64,000 nt of DNA from an uncultured Rhodobacterales bacterium (GTDB lineage: Bacteria > Pseudomonadota > Alphaproteobacteria > Rhodobacterales > Rhodobacteraceae). Under the pieces are notes generated by a model, which saw nothing but the letters and a program-made list of their open reading frames with translations, was not told the DNA's origin and did no database searches. A program made the position numbers and the translations under genes. Below are positions 50,879-60,584 of the stretch, one piece after another. The stretch spans positions 7,093 through 71,092 of the forward strand of contig CAZYBG010000003.1 of assembly GCA_964645155.1 (NCBI GenBank). The letters are read 5' to 3'. Position 1 is the stretch's first letter; every line of letters begins with the position of its first letter.

Positions 50879-51685
50879 ATGGATGGTCGGGGCAGCAGCG
50901 CGATGGCGGACGGCGCGAGAGGGCAGGACGTCGCGCGCATCGAGCGCCACGGCGACGTCGCCGTGATCGTGTTCGACCGGCCCGACAAGCGCAACGCCAT
51001 GAACGACGATCTGGTCGATTCGCTCGACCGGTTCTTTTCCAGCCCGCCCGAGAATGTGCACGCCGTCGTGCTGGCCGGGTCGGGTGGCCACTTCTGCGCC
51101 GGGCTCGACCTTTCGGAGCACCGCGCCCGCTCGCCCGAGGAGACCGTGCGGCATTCGCGCAACTGGCATCGGGTCGCCGACCTGATCGAGTTCGGCGGGC
51201 TGCCGGTCGTGTCGGCGCTGACCGGCGCGGTGATCGGCGGCGGGCTCGAGATCGCGGCGGCGACGCATGTGCGGATCGCCGAGCCCTCGGTCCGCTTCCA
51301 GCTTCCCGAGGGGCGGCGCGGCATCTTCGTCGGCGGCGGCGCGACGGTGCGGGTCGGCCGCCTGATCGGCGCCGACCGGCTGCGCGAGATGATGCTGACC
51401 GGCCGAAGCTACGGCGCCGGGGAGGGGTTGCAGCTGGGGCTCTGCCACTACGCCGTCGCCGAAGGCGAGGCGCTGCCCCGGGCGCTGGAGATCGCGCGCG
51501 ACATCGCGGGCAACGCCCCGTTCTCGAACTACCTGATGTTGCAGGCGATCGGCCGCATCGGCGACATGTCGCGCGGCGACGGCCTGTTCACCGAGAGCCT
51601 CGCCGCGGCGATGGCGCAGACGACCGACGGCGCGCGCGAGGGGCTCAGCGCGTTTCTCGAAAAACGCCCGCCGCGCTTCAGGTAG
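50879..51685 (+). CDS. Enoyl-CoA hydratase/crotonase family
   Basis: VAVIVFDRPDKRNAM, FCAGLDLSE, GGGLEIAAATH. An alternative start is ATG 50903. Confidence 0.8.
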   Translation: MDGRGSSAMADGARGQDVARIERHGDVAVIVFDRPDKRNAMNDDLVDSLDRFFSSPPENVHAVVLAGSGGHFCAGLDLSEHRARSPEETVRHSRNWHRVADLIEFGGLPVVSALTGAVIGGGLEIAAATHVRIAEPSVRFQLPEGRRGIFVGGGATVRVGRLIGADRLREMMLTGRSYGAGEGLQLGLCHYAVAEGEALPRALEIARDIAGNAPFSNYLMLQAIGRIGDMSRGDGLFTESLAAAMAQTTDGAREGLSAFLEKRPPRFR

Positions 51686-51729
51686 GCTAGGATGGCGCCG
51701 GGCAAGGCTGCACTTCAGGGAGGACGGAC

Positions 51730-52767
51730 ATGGACAGACGCACACTTCTCTTCTCGGTCGCGCCGGGCGCGGCTGCGCTCGCGGTGCTGCCGGGGCGCGC
51801 AGGGGCGCAGGCCACCAGCCTCAGGCTGCACCAGTTCCTGGCCCCGGTCGCGACGCTGCCCTCGAAGGTGCTGAAGCCCTGGGCCGAGACGCTCGCGGCG
51901 GCGAGCGATGGCAGGCTGACGATCGAGCACTTCGACGCGATGGCGCTGGGCGGCCGTCCCGGCGACCTGATGGATCAGGCGCGCGACGGAATCGCCGACC
52001 TGTCGATGACGCTGACCGGCTACACGCCTGGCCGGTTTCCGCGCAGCGAGGTCTTCGAGCTGCCGTTCATGATGACCGATCCGGTCGCCACCTCGCTGGC
52101 GTTCTGGGAGATGGTCGAGACCGACTTCCAGGACAGCGAGTTCGGCGACGTAAAGATCCTTGCCGCCTGGGTGCACGGCCCGGGGCTGATCCATTCCTCG
52201 GAACCGGTCGCCAGTCTCGAGGACATGGCCGGCAAGACGATGCGTGGGCCGACCCGGATCATCAACGAGCTGCTCTCGGAGCTCGGCGCGACGCCGGTCG
52301 GGATGCCGCTGCCGGCGGTGCCCGAGGCGCTGTCGAAGGGCGTCGTCACCGGCACCGTCATCCCGTGGGAGGTCACCCCCTCGATCCGGCTGACCGAGCT
52401 TGTCACCAACCACACCGAGTTCAGCGGGGCCGAGGCGCTCTACACCTCGACCTTCGTGCTGGCGATGAACCGGGCCAGGTACGACGCGCTGCCCGACGAC
52501 CTGCGCGCCGTGCTCGACGCCGAGGCCGGCGCCAAGCTCTCGGGGTTCGCGGCGACGATCATGGCCGAGAACGACGCCCCGGCGCGGCAGATCGCTGTCG
52601 ATGCGGGCAACAACATCGTCGCCCTCGACGAGGCCGAGGTCGCCCGCTGGAAGGCGGCCGCGCAGCCGGTCGTCGACCGCTGGATCGCCGAGATGCAGGG
52701 CCAGGGCATCGACGGCCGGGCGCTGATCGACCAGGCCCGGGCGCTGATCGCCGCCAAGGCCGCCTGA
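51730..52767 (+). CDS. dctP: TRAP transporter substrate-binding protein
   Basis: ATG 51730 with GGGAGGA RBS. Tat/Sec-like signal. LRLHQFLAP..WAETL pattern of the DctP family. Confidence 0.8.
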   Translation: MDRRTLLFSVAPGAAALAVLPGRAGAQATSLRLHQFLAPVATLPSKVLKPWAETLAAASDGRLTIEHFDAMALGGRPGDLMDQARDGIADLSMTLTGYTPGRFPRSEVFELPFMMTDPVATSLAFWEMVETDFQDSEFGDVKILAAWVHGPGLIHSSEPVASLEDMAGKTMRGPTRIINELLSELGATPVGMPLPAVPEALSKGVVTGTVIPWEVTPSIRLTELVTNHTEFSGAEALYTSTFVLAMNRARYDALPDDLRAVLDAEAGAKLSGFAATIMAENDAPARQIAVDAGNNIVALDEAEVARWKAAAQPVVDRWIAEMQGQGIDGRALIDQARALIAAKAA

Positions 52768-52837
52768 TGCAGCGGCCGGGGCCCCAGGAGTTTTGTCCCG
52801 GGGCTCCCGGCGGCCCAAGCCGGGAAGTCCGTTGCCG

Positions 52838-53353
52838 ATGTATGCGCCGCTCTCGCGCCTCGCCTACCTGACGGCCTACGGCATGGCGCTGGCGGGCGGC
52901 GCGGTGCTGATCGCGCTCGTGGTGATGACCTGCATCTCGATCGCCGGCCGCGCTCTGGTTCCCCTCGGGCTCGCGCCGGTCAAGGGCGACTTCGAGTGGA
53001 TCGAGTTCGGCGTCGGCTTCGCGATCTTCGCATTCCTGCCCTGGTGCCAGCTGCAGCGCGCGCACGCGGCGGTCGACCTGCTGCAGCCGGCCTTTCCGCC
53101 GGCTATGAACCGGGCCATCGACGTCGTCGTCGACCTGGCGATGCTGGCCGCCGCGGCGGTGATCGCCTGGCGGCTGTGGCTCGGCATGCTCGACAAGCGC
53201 CGCTACGCCGAGACGACGTTCATCCTGCAGATCGAGATCTGGCAAGCCTACCTCGCCTGCCTGGTCGGCGCGCTGGCCTTCGTGCTGGTCGCGGCGTTCT
53301 GCGTGCTGCGGAGCGGCGGCGCCTTGCTGCGGCCGGGCAGGCACCATTCCTGA
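52838..53353 (+). CDS. dctQ: TRAP transporter small permease
   Basis: ATG 52838 preferred over TTG 52793. Four TM helices. 1-nt TGATG overlap with dctM. Confidence 0.7.
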   Translation: MYAPLSRLAYLTAYGMALAGGAVLIALVVMTCISIAGRALVPLGLAPVKGDFEWIEFGVGFAIFAFLPWCQLQRAHAAVDLLQPAFPPAMNRAIDVVVDLAMLAAAAVIAWRLWLGMLDKRRYAETTFILQIEIWQAYLACLVGALAFVLVAAFCVLRSGGALLRPGRHHS

Positions 53354-54675
53354 TGTCGAACATCGACCTCGCCCTCTGGTCGTTCCCGGTTCTGCTCGCC
53401 GTCATCTTCCTGCGCGTGCCGATCGCGCTTGCCATGCTGGGGGTGGGCTTTGGCGGGGCATGGCTCGTCACCGGCTCGTCCGCGATGATGATGAACCAGC
53501 TCAAGACGCTCACCTTCGGGACGTTCTCGAGCTACTCGCTCTCGATCATTCCGCTGTTCCTGCTGATGGGCCAGTTCGCGACGCTGTCGGGGATGTCGGC
53601 GTCGCTGTTCCGGGCGGCCGAGAGCTTCCTCGGCCATCGGCGGGGCGGCGTCGCGATGTCGGCGATCGGCGCCTGCGCGGGCTTCGGCGCGATCTGCGGC
53701 TCGTCGCTCGCCACCGCGGCCACGATGGGCCAGGTCGCCCTGCCCGAGCTGCGCCGCTGCGGCTATCCGGGGGCGCTCGCGACCGGGACGCTCGCGGCCG
53801 GGGGAACGCTGGGCATCCTGATCCCGCCCTCGGTCATCCTGGTGATCTACGCGATCCTGACCGAACAGAACATCGCCAAGCTGTTCGTCGCTGCGCTGGT
53901 CCCCGGCATCCTCGCCGCGCTCGGCTACATCCTCGCCATCGCGGTCTGGGTACGGCTGTCGCCCAACGCAGCCACGATCCGCCCCCGCGTGCCGTGGGGC
54001 GAGCGGATGCGGACCCTGGCGGCGACCTGGCCGGTCCTGACGATCTTCCTGACGGTCGTCGGCGGGATCTACCTGGGCATCTTCACGCCCACGGAAGCGG
54101 CCGCGGTGGGCGCCGCCGGCACCGGCCTCGCCGCCGTCCTGTCCCGGCAGCTCGGCATCGAAAGGCTCAAGGTCGCGATCCTGGCGACCGCCGCCTCGAC
54201 GGCAATGATCTTCTTCATCGTGCTCGGCGCCGGCGTCTACAACAGCTTCCTCGCGCTGACGCAGCTGCCGCAGGTCGCCGCCGCCTGGGTGTCGGACCAG
54301 GGCTTTTCGGCGTGGCTGGTGCTGACCGTGGTGCTGCTGCTCTATCTCGTCTTCGGCTGCGTGATGGACTCGCTCTCGATGGTGCTGCTCACGGTGCCGA
54401 TCATCTATCCGGTGATGCTGGCGCTCGACTTCGGGCTCAGCCCCGAGGAGTTCGGGCTCTGGTTCGGCATCCTCGTGCTGATCGTGGTCGAGGTCGGGCT
54501 GATCACCCCGCCGGTGGGGATGAACCTCTTCATCATCAACAGCATGGCGCGCGACATCCCGATGGGGCAGACCTATCGCGGCGCGCTGCCCTTCGTGCTG
54601 ACCGACATCGTGCGGGTGGCGATCCTCGTCGCCTTCCCGGCGATCACGCTGGCGCTCGTCTGGGCGATCTACTGA
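53353..54675 (+). CDS. dctM: TRAP transporter large permease
   Basis: 440 aa, polytopic. SLSIIPLFLLMGQF and GSSLATAATMG blocks. Confidence 0.85.
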   Translation: MSNIDLALWSFPVLLAVIFLRVPIALAMLGVGFGGAWLVTGSSAMMMNQLKTLTFGTFSSYSLSIIPLFLLMGQFATLSGMSASLFRAAESFLGHRRGGVAMSAIGACAGFGAICGSSLATAATMGQVALPELRRCGYPGALATGTLAAGGTLGILIPPSVILVIYAILTEQNIAKLFVAALVPGILAALGYILAIAVWVRLSPNAATIRPRVPWGERMRTLAATWPVLTIFLTVVGGIYLGIFTPTEAAAVGAAGTGLAAVLSRQLGIERLKVAILATAASTAMIFFIVLGAGVYNSFLALTQLPQVAAAWVSDQGFSAWLVLTVVLLLYLVFGCVMDSLSMVLLTVPIIYPVMLALDFGLSPEEFGLWFGILVLIVVEVGLITPPVGMNLFIINSMARDIPMGQTYRGALPFVLTDIVRVAILVAFPAITLALVWAIY

Positions 54676-54694
54676 AAGGGCGGGCGCCCTCCCT

Positions 54695-56479
54695 TCAGAC
54701 CACGATCACCTCGTCGCCCCCGGCATAGAGACGCGCGATCAGCTCCGCGTTCGCGGCGCGCATCCCGCACTGGTTCAGCGAACCCTTCTCGGTCACTTCG
54801 CCCCGGTCGAAGCTGGGCGGGCGGGTCAGGATCGCGGCGCGGCGCACCCGCGCGGCCGAACCGGTCGCCGCCTTCGCCGCTGCGGCGAGCCTTTCGCGCA
54901 GCAGTCCGGAGCGCGCGGCCGGGTCCATCGCCTTCGCCGGTTCGGCAAGCAGGAGGAGTGCACCGAGCTCGGCCTCGTTCTCACCGACGATCACCGCATC
55001 GCGCACCAGCCCGCCCAGCGCATCGACCAACGCCGCCCGGACTGCGCCCACAGCGACCCAGGTGCCGCTCGCCAGCTTGAAGTTCTCGGCCACCCGGCCA
55101 TCGAAGAAGAACCCCTTGCCGAAGTCCCGCGGATCGGCCGGGCGCAGCGCGTCGCCGAGGCGATAGAAGCCCTCCTCGTCGAACGCTTCCGCCGTGCGCC
55201 CGGGCTCGCCGAGGTAGCCGGGCGTGATCGTCGGGCCCTTGAGCCGCGCCTCGAGCTTGCCGCCCGCCGGCACCAGCTTGAGCGTGAGCCCGCGCGCCGG
55301 GACGCCGACATTGCCGGCCCTCTCCTGCCGATCGGTGCAGGCGAGCGCGAAGGGCGAGGTCTCGGTCGCCCCGAGACCCGTGGCGATCAGGACATCGTGC
55401 CCGGTCGTCGCCCGGCCGACGGCGGCCAGACGGTCCCAGGTGTGCTGCGCCATCCCGGCGCCCGCATAGAACAGCATCCCGAGGCGCGCGAAGAACATCC
55501 GGGCGAGGTCGGCATCGGCCTCGAGCGCGTCGGCCAGCATGTCGTAGCCGAGCGGCACGTTGAAGTACCAGGTCGGCGAAACTTCCCGCAGGTTGCGCAG
55601 CGTCTCGCCGAACCGCTCCGGCGTCGGGCGGCCGTCGTCGATGTAGTAGGTGCCGCCGTTCGTCAGCGCGAGGTAGCTCGACTTGTTGCCGGCGGCGGTA
55701 TGGTTCCAGGGCGCCCAGTCGACAAGAACAGGCGGTTCGCGGGCGATGTATCGGTAGCAGTCGCGGACCATCGCTTGGCTGGCGCAGATCATCCGGTTGG
55801 TGTTGATCACCGCCTTCGGCGCGCCGGTCGACCCCGAGGTGAAGAGATACTTCAGCACCGTGTCCGGAGTAAGCCCGCGCCGCGCGGTGTCGGCGGCATC
55901 TGGCGCGGCGGCGCGCAGGGCATCGAACCGGCTTGCACCCGCCGGCGGGTCGCGCACGACGATCACGTGCCGGCCGCTGCCGATCGCGGCAAGCGCCGGA
56001 GCGAAGGCGGCGCCGTCGTCGGCGAAGATCGCGCCCGGGCGAAGCGTCGCCGCGATCTCGCGCAGCTTGCCATGGTCCTGCGAGACCAGCGAATAGGCGG
56101 GCGAGACCGGGGCGAAGGGCACCCCGACATAGGCGCAGGCAAGGCCGAGGAGCGCGTGCTCTAGGCTGTTTCCGGACAGGATCAGCAGCGGCCGCCGCGG
56201 CCCGAGCCCGAGGCCGACCAGCGCCGCGCCGATCCGCCGGGCGGCGGCCCGGCCCTCTGCATAGGAGATCCCCCGCCAGGCGCCGGAACCGTCGCGCCTT
56301 GCGATCCACGTGCGGTCCGGTGCGGCATCGGCCCAGTGGTCGATGTGATCGGCAAGCACCGGCGGGTGGTCGCCCAACGCTGCTCGCTGCCACATCAGCA
56401 CCGTGCCGTCGGCGCGGTGCTCGTAGTCGAACTCCGGCGTCCAGAAGCGGTCGGCCCCGGCGGCGGCGGTCGTCGTCAT
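54695..56479 (-). CDS. fcs: Feruloyl/hydroxycinnamoyl-CoA synthase (AMP-dependent ligase)
   Basis: 594 aa. AMP-binding motif YLFTSGSTGAPKAV. N-terminus FWTPEFDYEHRADGT is typical of feruloyl-CoA synthases. Confidence 0.75.
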   Translation of the reverse strand: MTTTAAAGADRFWTPEFDYEHRADGTVLMWQRAALGDHPPVLADHIDHWADAAPDRTWIARRDGSGAWRGISYAEGRAAARRIGAALVGLGLGPRRPLLILSGNSLEHALLGLACAYVGVPFAPVSPAYSLVSQDHGKLREIAATLRPGAIFADDGAAFAPALAAIGSGRHVIVVRDPPAGASRFDALRAAAPDAADTARRGLTPDTVLKYLFTSGSTGAPKAVINTNRMICASQAMVRDCYRYIAREPPVLVDWAPWNHTAAGNKSSYLALTNGGTYYIDDGRPTPERFGETLRNLREVSPTWYFNVPLGYDMLADALEADADLARMFFARLGMLFYAGAGMAQHTWDRLAAVGRATTGHDVLIATGLGATETSPFALACTDRQERAGNVGVPARGLTLKLVPAGGKLEARLKGPTITPGYLGEPGRTAEAFDEEGFYRLGDALRPADPRDFGKGFFFDGRVAENFKLASGTWVAVGAVRAALVDALGGLVRDAVIVGENEAELGALLLLAEPAKAMDPAARSGLLRERLAAAAKAATGSAARVRRAAILTRPPSFDRGEVTEKGSLNQCGMRAANAELIARLYAGGDEVIVV

Positions 56480-56514
56480 CCCCCCTCCTCTGCCACCTCG
56501 CGCCGGTCGCGGCG

Positions 56515-57282
56515 CTAGCGCGGCGCCATGCGGATCGCCCCGTCGAGGCGGATGACCTCGCCGTTCAGCATCGGGTTGGCGACGATGTGGCAGACGAGGT
56601 CGGCATATTCCGACGGGCGGCCGAGCCGCGGCGGGAACGGCACCTGCGCGCCGAGCGACTCCTGCACATCCTGCGGCAGCCCCTCGAGAAGCGGGGTCAG
56701 GAACAGCCCCGGCGCGATCGTGCAGACGCGGATGCCCTTGTCGGCCAGATCGCGCGCCATCGGCAGCGTCATGCCCGCGATCCCGCCCTTCGATGCCGCG
56801 TAGGCCGCCTGTCCGACCTGGCCGTCATAGGCCGCGACCGAGGCGGTGTTGACGATGACGCCCCGCGCGCCGTCTGGGCCGAGCGGGTCGGCGGCGACCA
56901 TCCGCGCCGCGGCGTGGCTCGCGCAGAAGAAGCTGCCGAGCAGGTTGATCCGGATCACCTTCTCGAACAGCGCCGGATCGTGCGGCGCGCCGCGCGAGAC
57001 GGTCTTGGCCGCCGGCCCGATGCCGGCGCAGTTGACGAGGATGCGGGGAATGCCCAGCGCCGCCTCGACCGCTGCGATGCCGGCCGCCACGCTTGCCGGA
57101 TCGGCGACGTCGACGCGCCGGAAGAGGCCGCCCATCGCTGCCGCATGGGCGGCGCCGGCGGCCTCGTTCAGGTCGAACACGGCCACCCGCACTCCCCGCG
57201 CCGCGAGTGCCGCGGCCGTGGCAGCGCCGAGGCCCGACGCACCGCCGGTGACGATGGCGGCGGTATCCCTCCAGTGGTCCAT
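56515..57282 (-). CDS. 3-hydroxyacyl-CoA dehydrogenase-type SDR
   Basis: 255 aa. VTGGASGLGAAT and YAASKGG (YxxxK). Confidence 0.8.
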   Translation of the reverse strand: MDHWRDTAAIVTGGASGLGAATAAALAARGVRVAVFDLNEAAGAAHAAAMGGLFRRVDVADPASVAAGIAAVEAALGIPRILVNCAGIGPAAKTVSRGAPHDPALFEKVIRINLLGSFFCASHAAARMVAADPLGPDGARGVIVNTASVAAYDGQVGQAAYAASKGGIAGMTLPMARDLADKGIRVCTIAPGLFLTPLLEGLPQDVQESLGAQVPFPPRLGRPSEYADLVCHIVANPMLNGEVIRLDGAIRMAPR

Positions 57283-57764
57283 CAGCCTTCGCCTTCCTCG
57301 GCCTTCCTGACTTTCCTGAGCAGCGCCAGCAGGGCCGCGCGTTCATCGGCGCTCAGGACCCCAAGGATGCGGTCCTCGTGCGCCTCGACCGCGGCCAGCG
57401 TGGCGGCGAAGGCGGCGGCGCCGGCGGCTGTCGGCTGCAGCGACTGCACGCGCCGGTCGCCCGGCACCGGCCGCCTGGCCAGATAGCCCCGCGCCTCCAG
57501 ATCGTCGACGATGGCAACGAGGCCCGAGCGTTCGACCCCGAGGATGCGGGAGAGGTCGCTCTGCGTGATGCCGGGCGTGCCGGTCACCAGCGACAGGGCC
57601 GAGAACGCCCGCGGCGTCAGGCCGTCGGGCCCGAGCGTTTCGCGGAAATCGGCGCGGATCAGCATGTAGACCCGCTTGAGGTTGTAGCCGACGAGGCGCT
57701 CGACCGGGCTTTCGGCCACGGGATCGCTCTCGACCGGTGCCTTGGCTGCCGCCGCGCGCGTCAT
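57282..57764 (-). CDS. MarR-family transcriptional regulator (HcaR/CouR-like candidate)
   Basis: 160 aa. Winged HTH ITQSDLSRILGVERSGLVAIVDDLEARGYLARRP. 1-nt overlap with the downstream SDR gene. Confidence 0.8.
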   Translation of the reverse strand: MTRAAAAKAPVESDPVAESPVERLVGYNLKRVYMLIRADFRETLGPDGLTPRAFSALSLVTGTPGITQSDLSRILGVERSGLVAIVDDLEARGYLARRPVPGDRRVQSLQPTAAGAAAFAATLAAVEAHEDRILGVLSADERAALLALLRKVRKAEEGEG

Positions 57765-57955
57765 CGGATCATCATCTCTCGCCCTGCCCAGTCACCCTGC
57801 CCGATCGAGCCTACCGTCGGGCCGTTTCGTTTACAACGTGAACGGTTCGGCGACCGAAGGATAGTGCCGGCGGGGGGCTTGCGCCCCCCGCCCGACGCGG
57901 CTTGACCATGGCCGCACGGCTTGCGAGGCAGGCACGGCGCAGCGACGGGGGCCGG

Positions 57956-58651
57956 ATGGAGACCTATGTCAGATATGCGGTCTACTACGTCCCGCCGCCG
58001 GGGCCGCTCGCCGATTTCGGTGCGGCCTGGCTCGGCCATGACATTGCCCGCGGGACGCCGGTGCCGCAGATGACGCTGCCTGGCCTCGACATCGGTGTGC
58101 TGACGGCCGGCGCGCGACGCTATGGGTTTCACGCCACGCTGAAGCCGCCCTTCCGCCTCGCCCGCGATGCGACGGCGGCGGCGCTGCGCGCGGCGGTGGC
58201 CGACCTCGCCCGCAGCGCCGCCCCGGTACGGCTAAAGGGCCTGGTCCTCGGCCGGCTCGGGGGCTTTCTCGCCCTGCTGCCGGCGGGCGCCACCGCGGAC
58301 CTCTCCGCGCTGGCGGCGCGGATCGTGGCCGATCTCGACGGGTTCCGCGCGCCGGCCGACGGCGACGAGATGGCGCGCCGCCGCGGCGCTGGCCTGACGC
58401 CCGCGCAGGAAGCGCACCTCGCCCGCTGGGGCTATCCCTATGTGATGGAGGAATTCCGCTTCCACATGACCCTCACCGGCCGCCTCGACGACCCCGCGCC
58501 GCCGGAGCAGGCGCTCGGCCGCTGCCTCGCCCCGCTCCTGCCCGCGCCGTTCGCGCTCGACCAGTTCGCGCTCGTCGGCGAGCGCGAGGGCGGCGCATTC
58601 GTGCTTCTCGACCGCCATGCCCTGACTGGCAACGGCCCGGCAGAGCGGTAG
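57956..58651 (+). CDS. DUF1045 / 2H-phosphoesterase-superfamily protein (putative phosphonate-metabolism-type)
   Basis: ATG 57956. RYAVYYVPP N-terminus and two H-x-T-L motifs (HATLKPPF, HMTLTG). Confidence 0.65.
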   Translation: METYVRYAVYYVPPPGPLADFGAAWLGHDIARGTPVPQMTLPGLDIGVLTAGARRYGFHATLKPPFRLARDATAAALRAAVADLARSAAPVRLKGLVLGRLGGFLALLPAGATADLSALAARIVADLDGFRAPADGDEMARRRGAGLTPAQEAHLARWGYPYVMEEFRFHMTLTGRLDDPAPPEQALGRCLAPLLPAPFALDQFALVGEREGGAFVLLDRHALTGNGPAER

Positions 58652-59050
58652 ACGGCACCCGCGGACGACAGCAGGCCCGATCCTGCGCCCGAAGGTCCGT
58701 CCGAACGTGCCGTGCCGCCCCAATCGCGGCGGCGCAGGCTGCAGGAACAAGAGCGTCGCCTTGCGTGTTGTCGCGGCATGAGATTCGTGTCCCGCGCCGG
58801 CAAGCCTCGTCGGCGGGCACGGATGGCCCGCCGGCGACCGTCCCTTCGCCGGCGGGCCGCTTTCGGGATTGACATATCCGAGTGAATCTGTCGACATTAG
58901 TGCGCCACCAAGCCACCCCAGCGGGAAGCCCGGTTTCGTCCTGCGACGCGAGGAGAAAGCGATGCCCGCGAGTCCGCCATCGGCACCAGAAACGAACCGG
59001 CCAGACGCCGCCACGGCGTGCGCCACCGCCGTCCCGACAGGGAGGCCGGC

Positions 59051-59221
59051 ATGAACGCTCACGCCCATCCCATGCGCCGGCCGATCGACGCCGCGCCGCC
59101 GTTTCCGCTCTACGACGCGCGGGAACTGACCGGCGATGGCGTCTGCGCCCAGATCGCCCTCGACGGGCAGATCTACACGCTCCGCATCACCCGCGCCGGC
59201 AAGCTCATCCTGACGAAGTAG
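59051..59221 (+). CDS. hemP: Hemin uptake protein HemP
   Basis: 56 aa ending [22 protein letters not shown], the HemP family C-terminal signature. Confidence 0.75.
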   Translation: MNAHAHPMRRPIDAAPPFPLYDARELTGDGVCAQIALDGQIYTLRITRAGKLILTK

Positions 59222-60584
59222 CGCCCGGCTCCGGCCCGACCGCGTCGCGCCACGCGCGGGCATAGGCCCGCAGGGCGGCGCCGTCGCCGGTCAACCGATG
59301 TGCCGTCAGCGCGGGCGGCCGGGGGTCGGCGGCGCCGAGAAGGGCCGCGCCGATGCTGGTGCCCGTCGCCGTGGCCGAGGTGAAGACCGGCCGGCCGGTG
59401 GAGGCGGCCAGCATGTCGAGGAAAAGCGCGTTCCGGCCGAACGGCCCTTCCACGACGATCCGCCCCACGGCGCCGATCAGCGCAAGGCACTCTGCCGTCA
59501 TCAGCGCAAGGTAGAAGGCCAGCGCCGCGCCCTTTTCGCCCGGCGCGGCGGCCTGCATGCTCCAGCCGCCGCGCTGGCCGGGAAACGGGCCCGACGCGCC
59601 CTCGACCGAGGGCAGCAGGAAGCACCGCCCGGCAAGGGCCGCGGCCACGTCGTCCGCGCCGGGAGGCGCGGTCTCGCCGCGCAGGAGTTCGAACGCGCGG
59701 CCGCCCATGAAACGCGCCGACGGCGTCGGCGCACCGAACGCATCGACATTGACCAGCGTGTCGCGCGCCGGATCGAGCGGCGGCGCACCGGCGCCGACGG
59801 CCATCGCGACCACCCAAGTCCCGGTCGAGACGACCGCGAAGGGCCCATCGCGGGCCAGGAGGTGGGGCAGCAGCGAGGCGTTGGAATCGTGGATGCCGCA
59901 GTGAACGGGCGTGTCGGCGGGCAGGCCCGTCGCCGCCGCGACCTCGGGCAGGAGGGGGCCCAGCCGCGCCGCGGCCCGCTCGAGCGGCGCCATGCTCGGG
60001 CCGAGGCCGAGCCGGTCAACCAGCGTGCTGAAGGTTCCGGCATGGGGGTTCCAGAGGTCGGTGTGGCAGCCGAGCGAGGTGCATTCGCAGTGCCACGGGC
60101 CGGCGAGGCGGCCCGACCAGAACTGCGGGTAGGTCACGATCCGGCCAAGCCGCGCCGCAAGGCCCGGCTGCGTCTCGAGCAGCCAGTGGAGTTGTGCGCC
60201 CGCGTTCAGCCCCAGGGGCAGCCGCGGCGAGCCGGTCTCACCGAACGGCGGGCGCAGCCGGCCATAGGCCGCGGCGAGGCGATCGGGCCCGTCATGCTCG
60301 TAGTCGAGCACCGGGCAGGCGAGGCCCCCGTCGCGATCGAGCAGGACGAGCGCTGCGCCATGCGTGGTGACGCTGATCGCGTCGAGCCCGTGCCGGCGGT
60401 GCAGCGCCCCGAGCCCGTCGCACAGGAAGGCCCAGATCCCGTCGATGTCGAAATGCGGGTAGGGACCGTCATGCAGGGGCCGGTTGGGGCGGGTCAGCAC
60501 GTCGATCTCGGCCATCCGGTCGGTGTCGACAACGGCGAGCTTGGCGTTGGTCTTGCCGATATCGACGACCGCAACCCGGCTCAT
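59205..60584 (-). CDS. rhaK: FGGY-family carbohydrate kinase, RhaK-like (rhamnose locus)
   Basis: ATG 60584 in an ATGA overlap with the mutarotase stop. [17 protein letters not shown]. Its position after rhaM(U) matches the Rhizobium rhaSTPQUK order. Confidence 0.65.
   Translation of the reverse strand: MSRVAVVDIGKTNAKLAVVDTDRMAEIDVLTRPNRPLHDGPYPHFDIDGIWAFLCDGLGALHRRHGLDAISVTTHGAALVLLDRDGGLACPVLDYEHDGPDRLAAAYGRLRPPFGETGSPRLPLGLNAGAQLHWLLETQPGLAARLGRIVTYPQFWSGRLAGPWHCECTSLGCHTDLWNPHAGTFSTLVDRLGLGPSMAPLERAAARLGPLLPEVAAATGLPADTPVHCGIHDSNASLLPHLLARDGPFAVVSTGTWVVAMAVGAGAPPLDPARDTLVNVDAFGAPTPSARFMGGRAFELLRGETAPPGADDVAAALAGRCFLLPSVEGASGPFPGQRGGWSMQAAAPGEKGAALAFYLALMTAECLALIGAVGRIVVEGPFGRNALFLDMLAASTGRPVFTSATATGTSIGAALLGAADPRPPALTAHRLTGDGAALRAYARAWRDAVGPEPGATSSG

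Noticed and set aside
58744-58769. GGAAC-N17-TGTT about 280 nt upstream of hemP
   Set aside because: The -10 element deviates (TGTT), it is far from any start codon, and it has no stress-gene context. It is treated as a probable chance match. The similar weak sites at 52-76 and 38378-38402(+) are reported only as low-confidence.
58868-58900. Fur box, Irr ICE (TTTAGAA-N3-TTCTAAA) or RirA IRO (TGA-N9-TCA) operator upstream of hemP
   Set aside because: No acceptable match to any of these consensus sequences by eye. Only a generic TTGACA-containing AT-rich patch is present.
58232-59263. 343-aa minus-strand ORF across the DUF1045-hemP interval
   Set aside because: Arg/Ala-rich, antisense to DUF1045 and hemP, with no recognisable domain.
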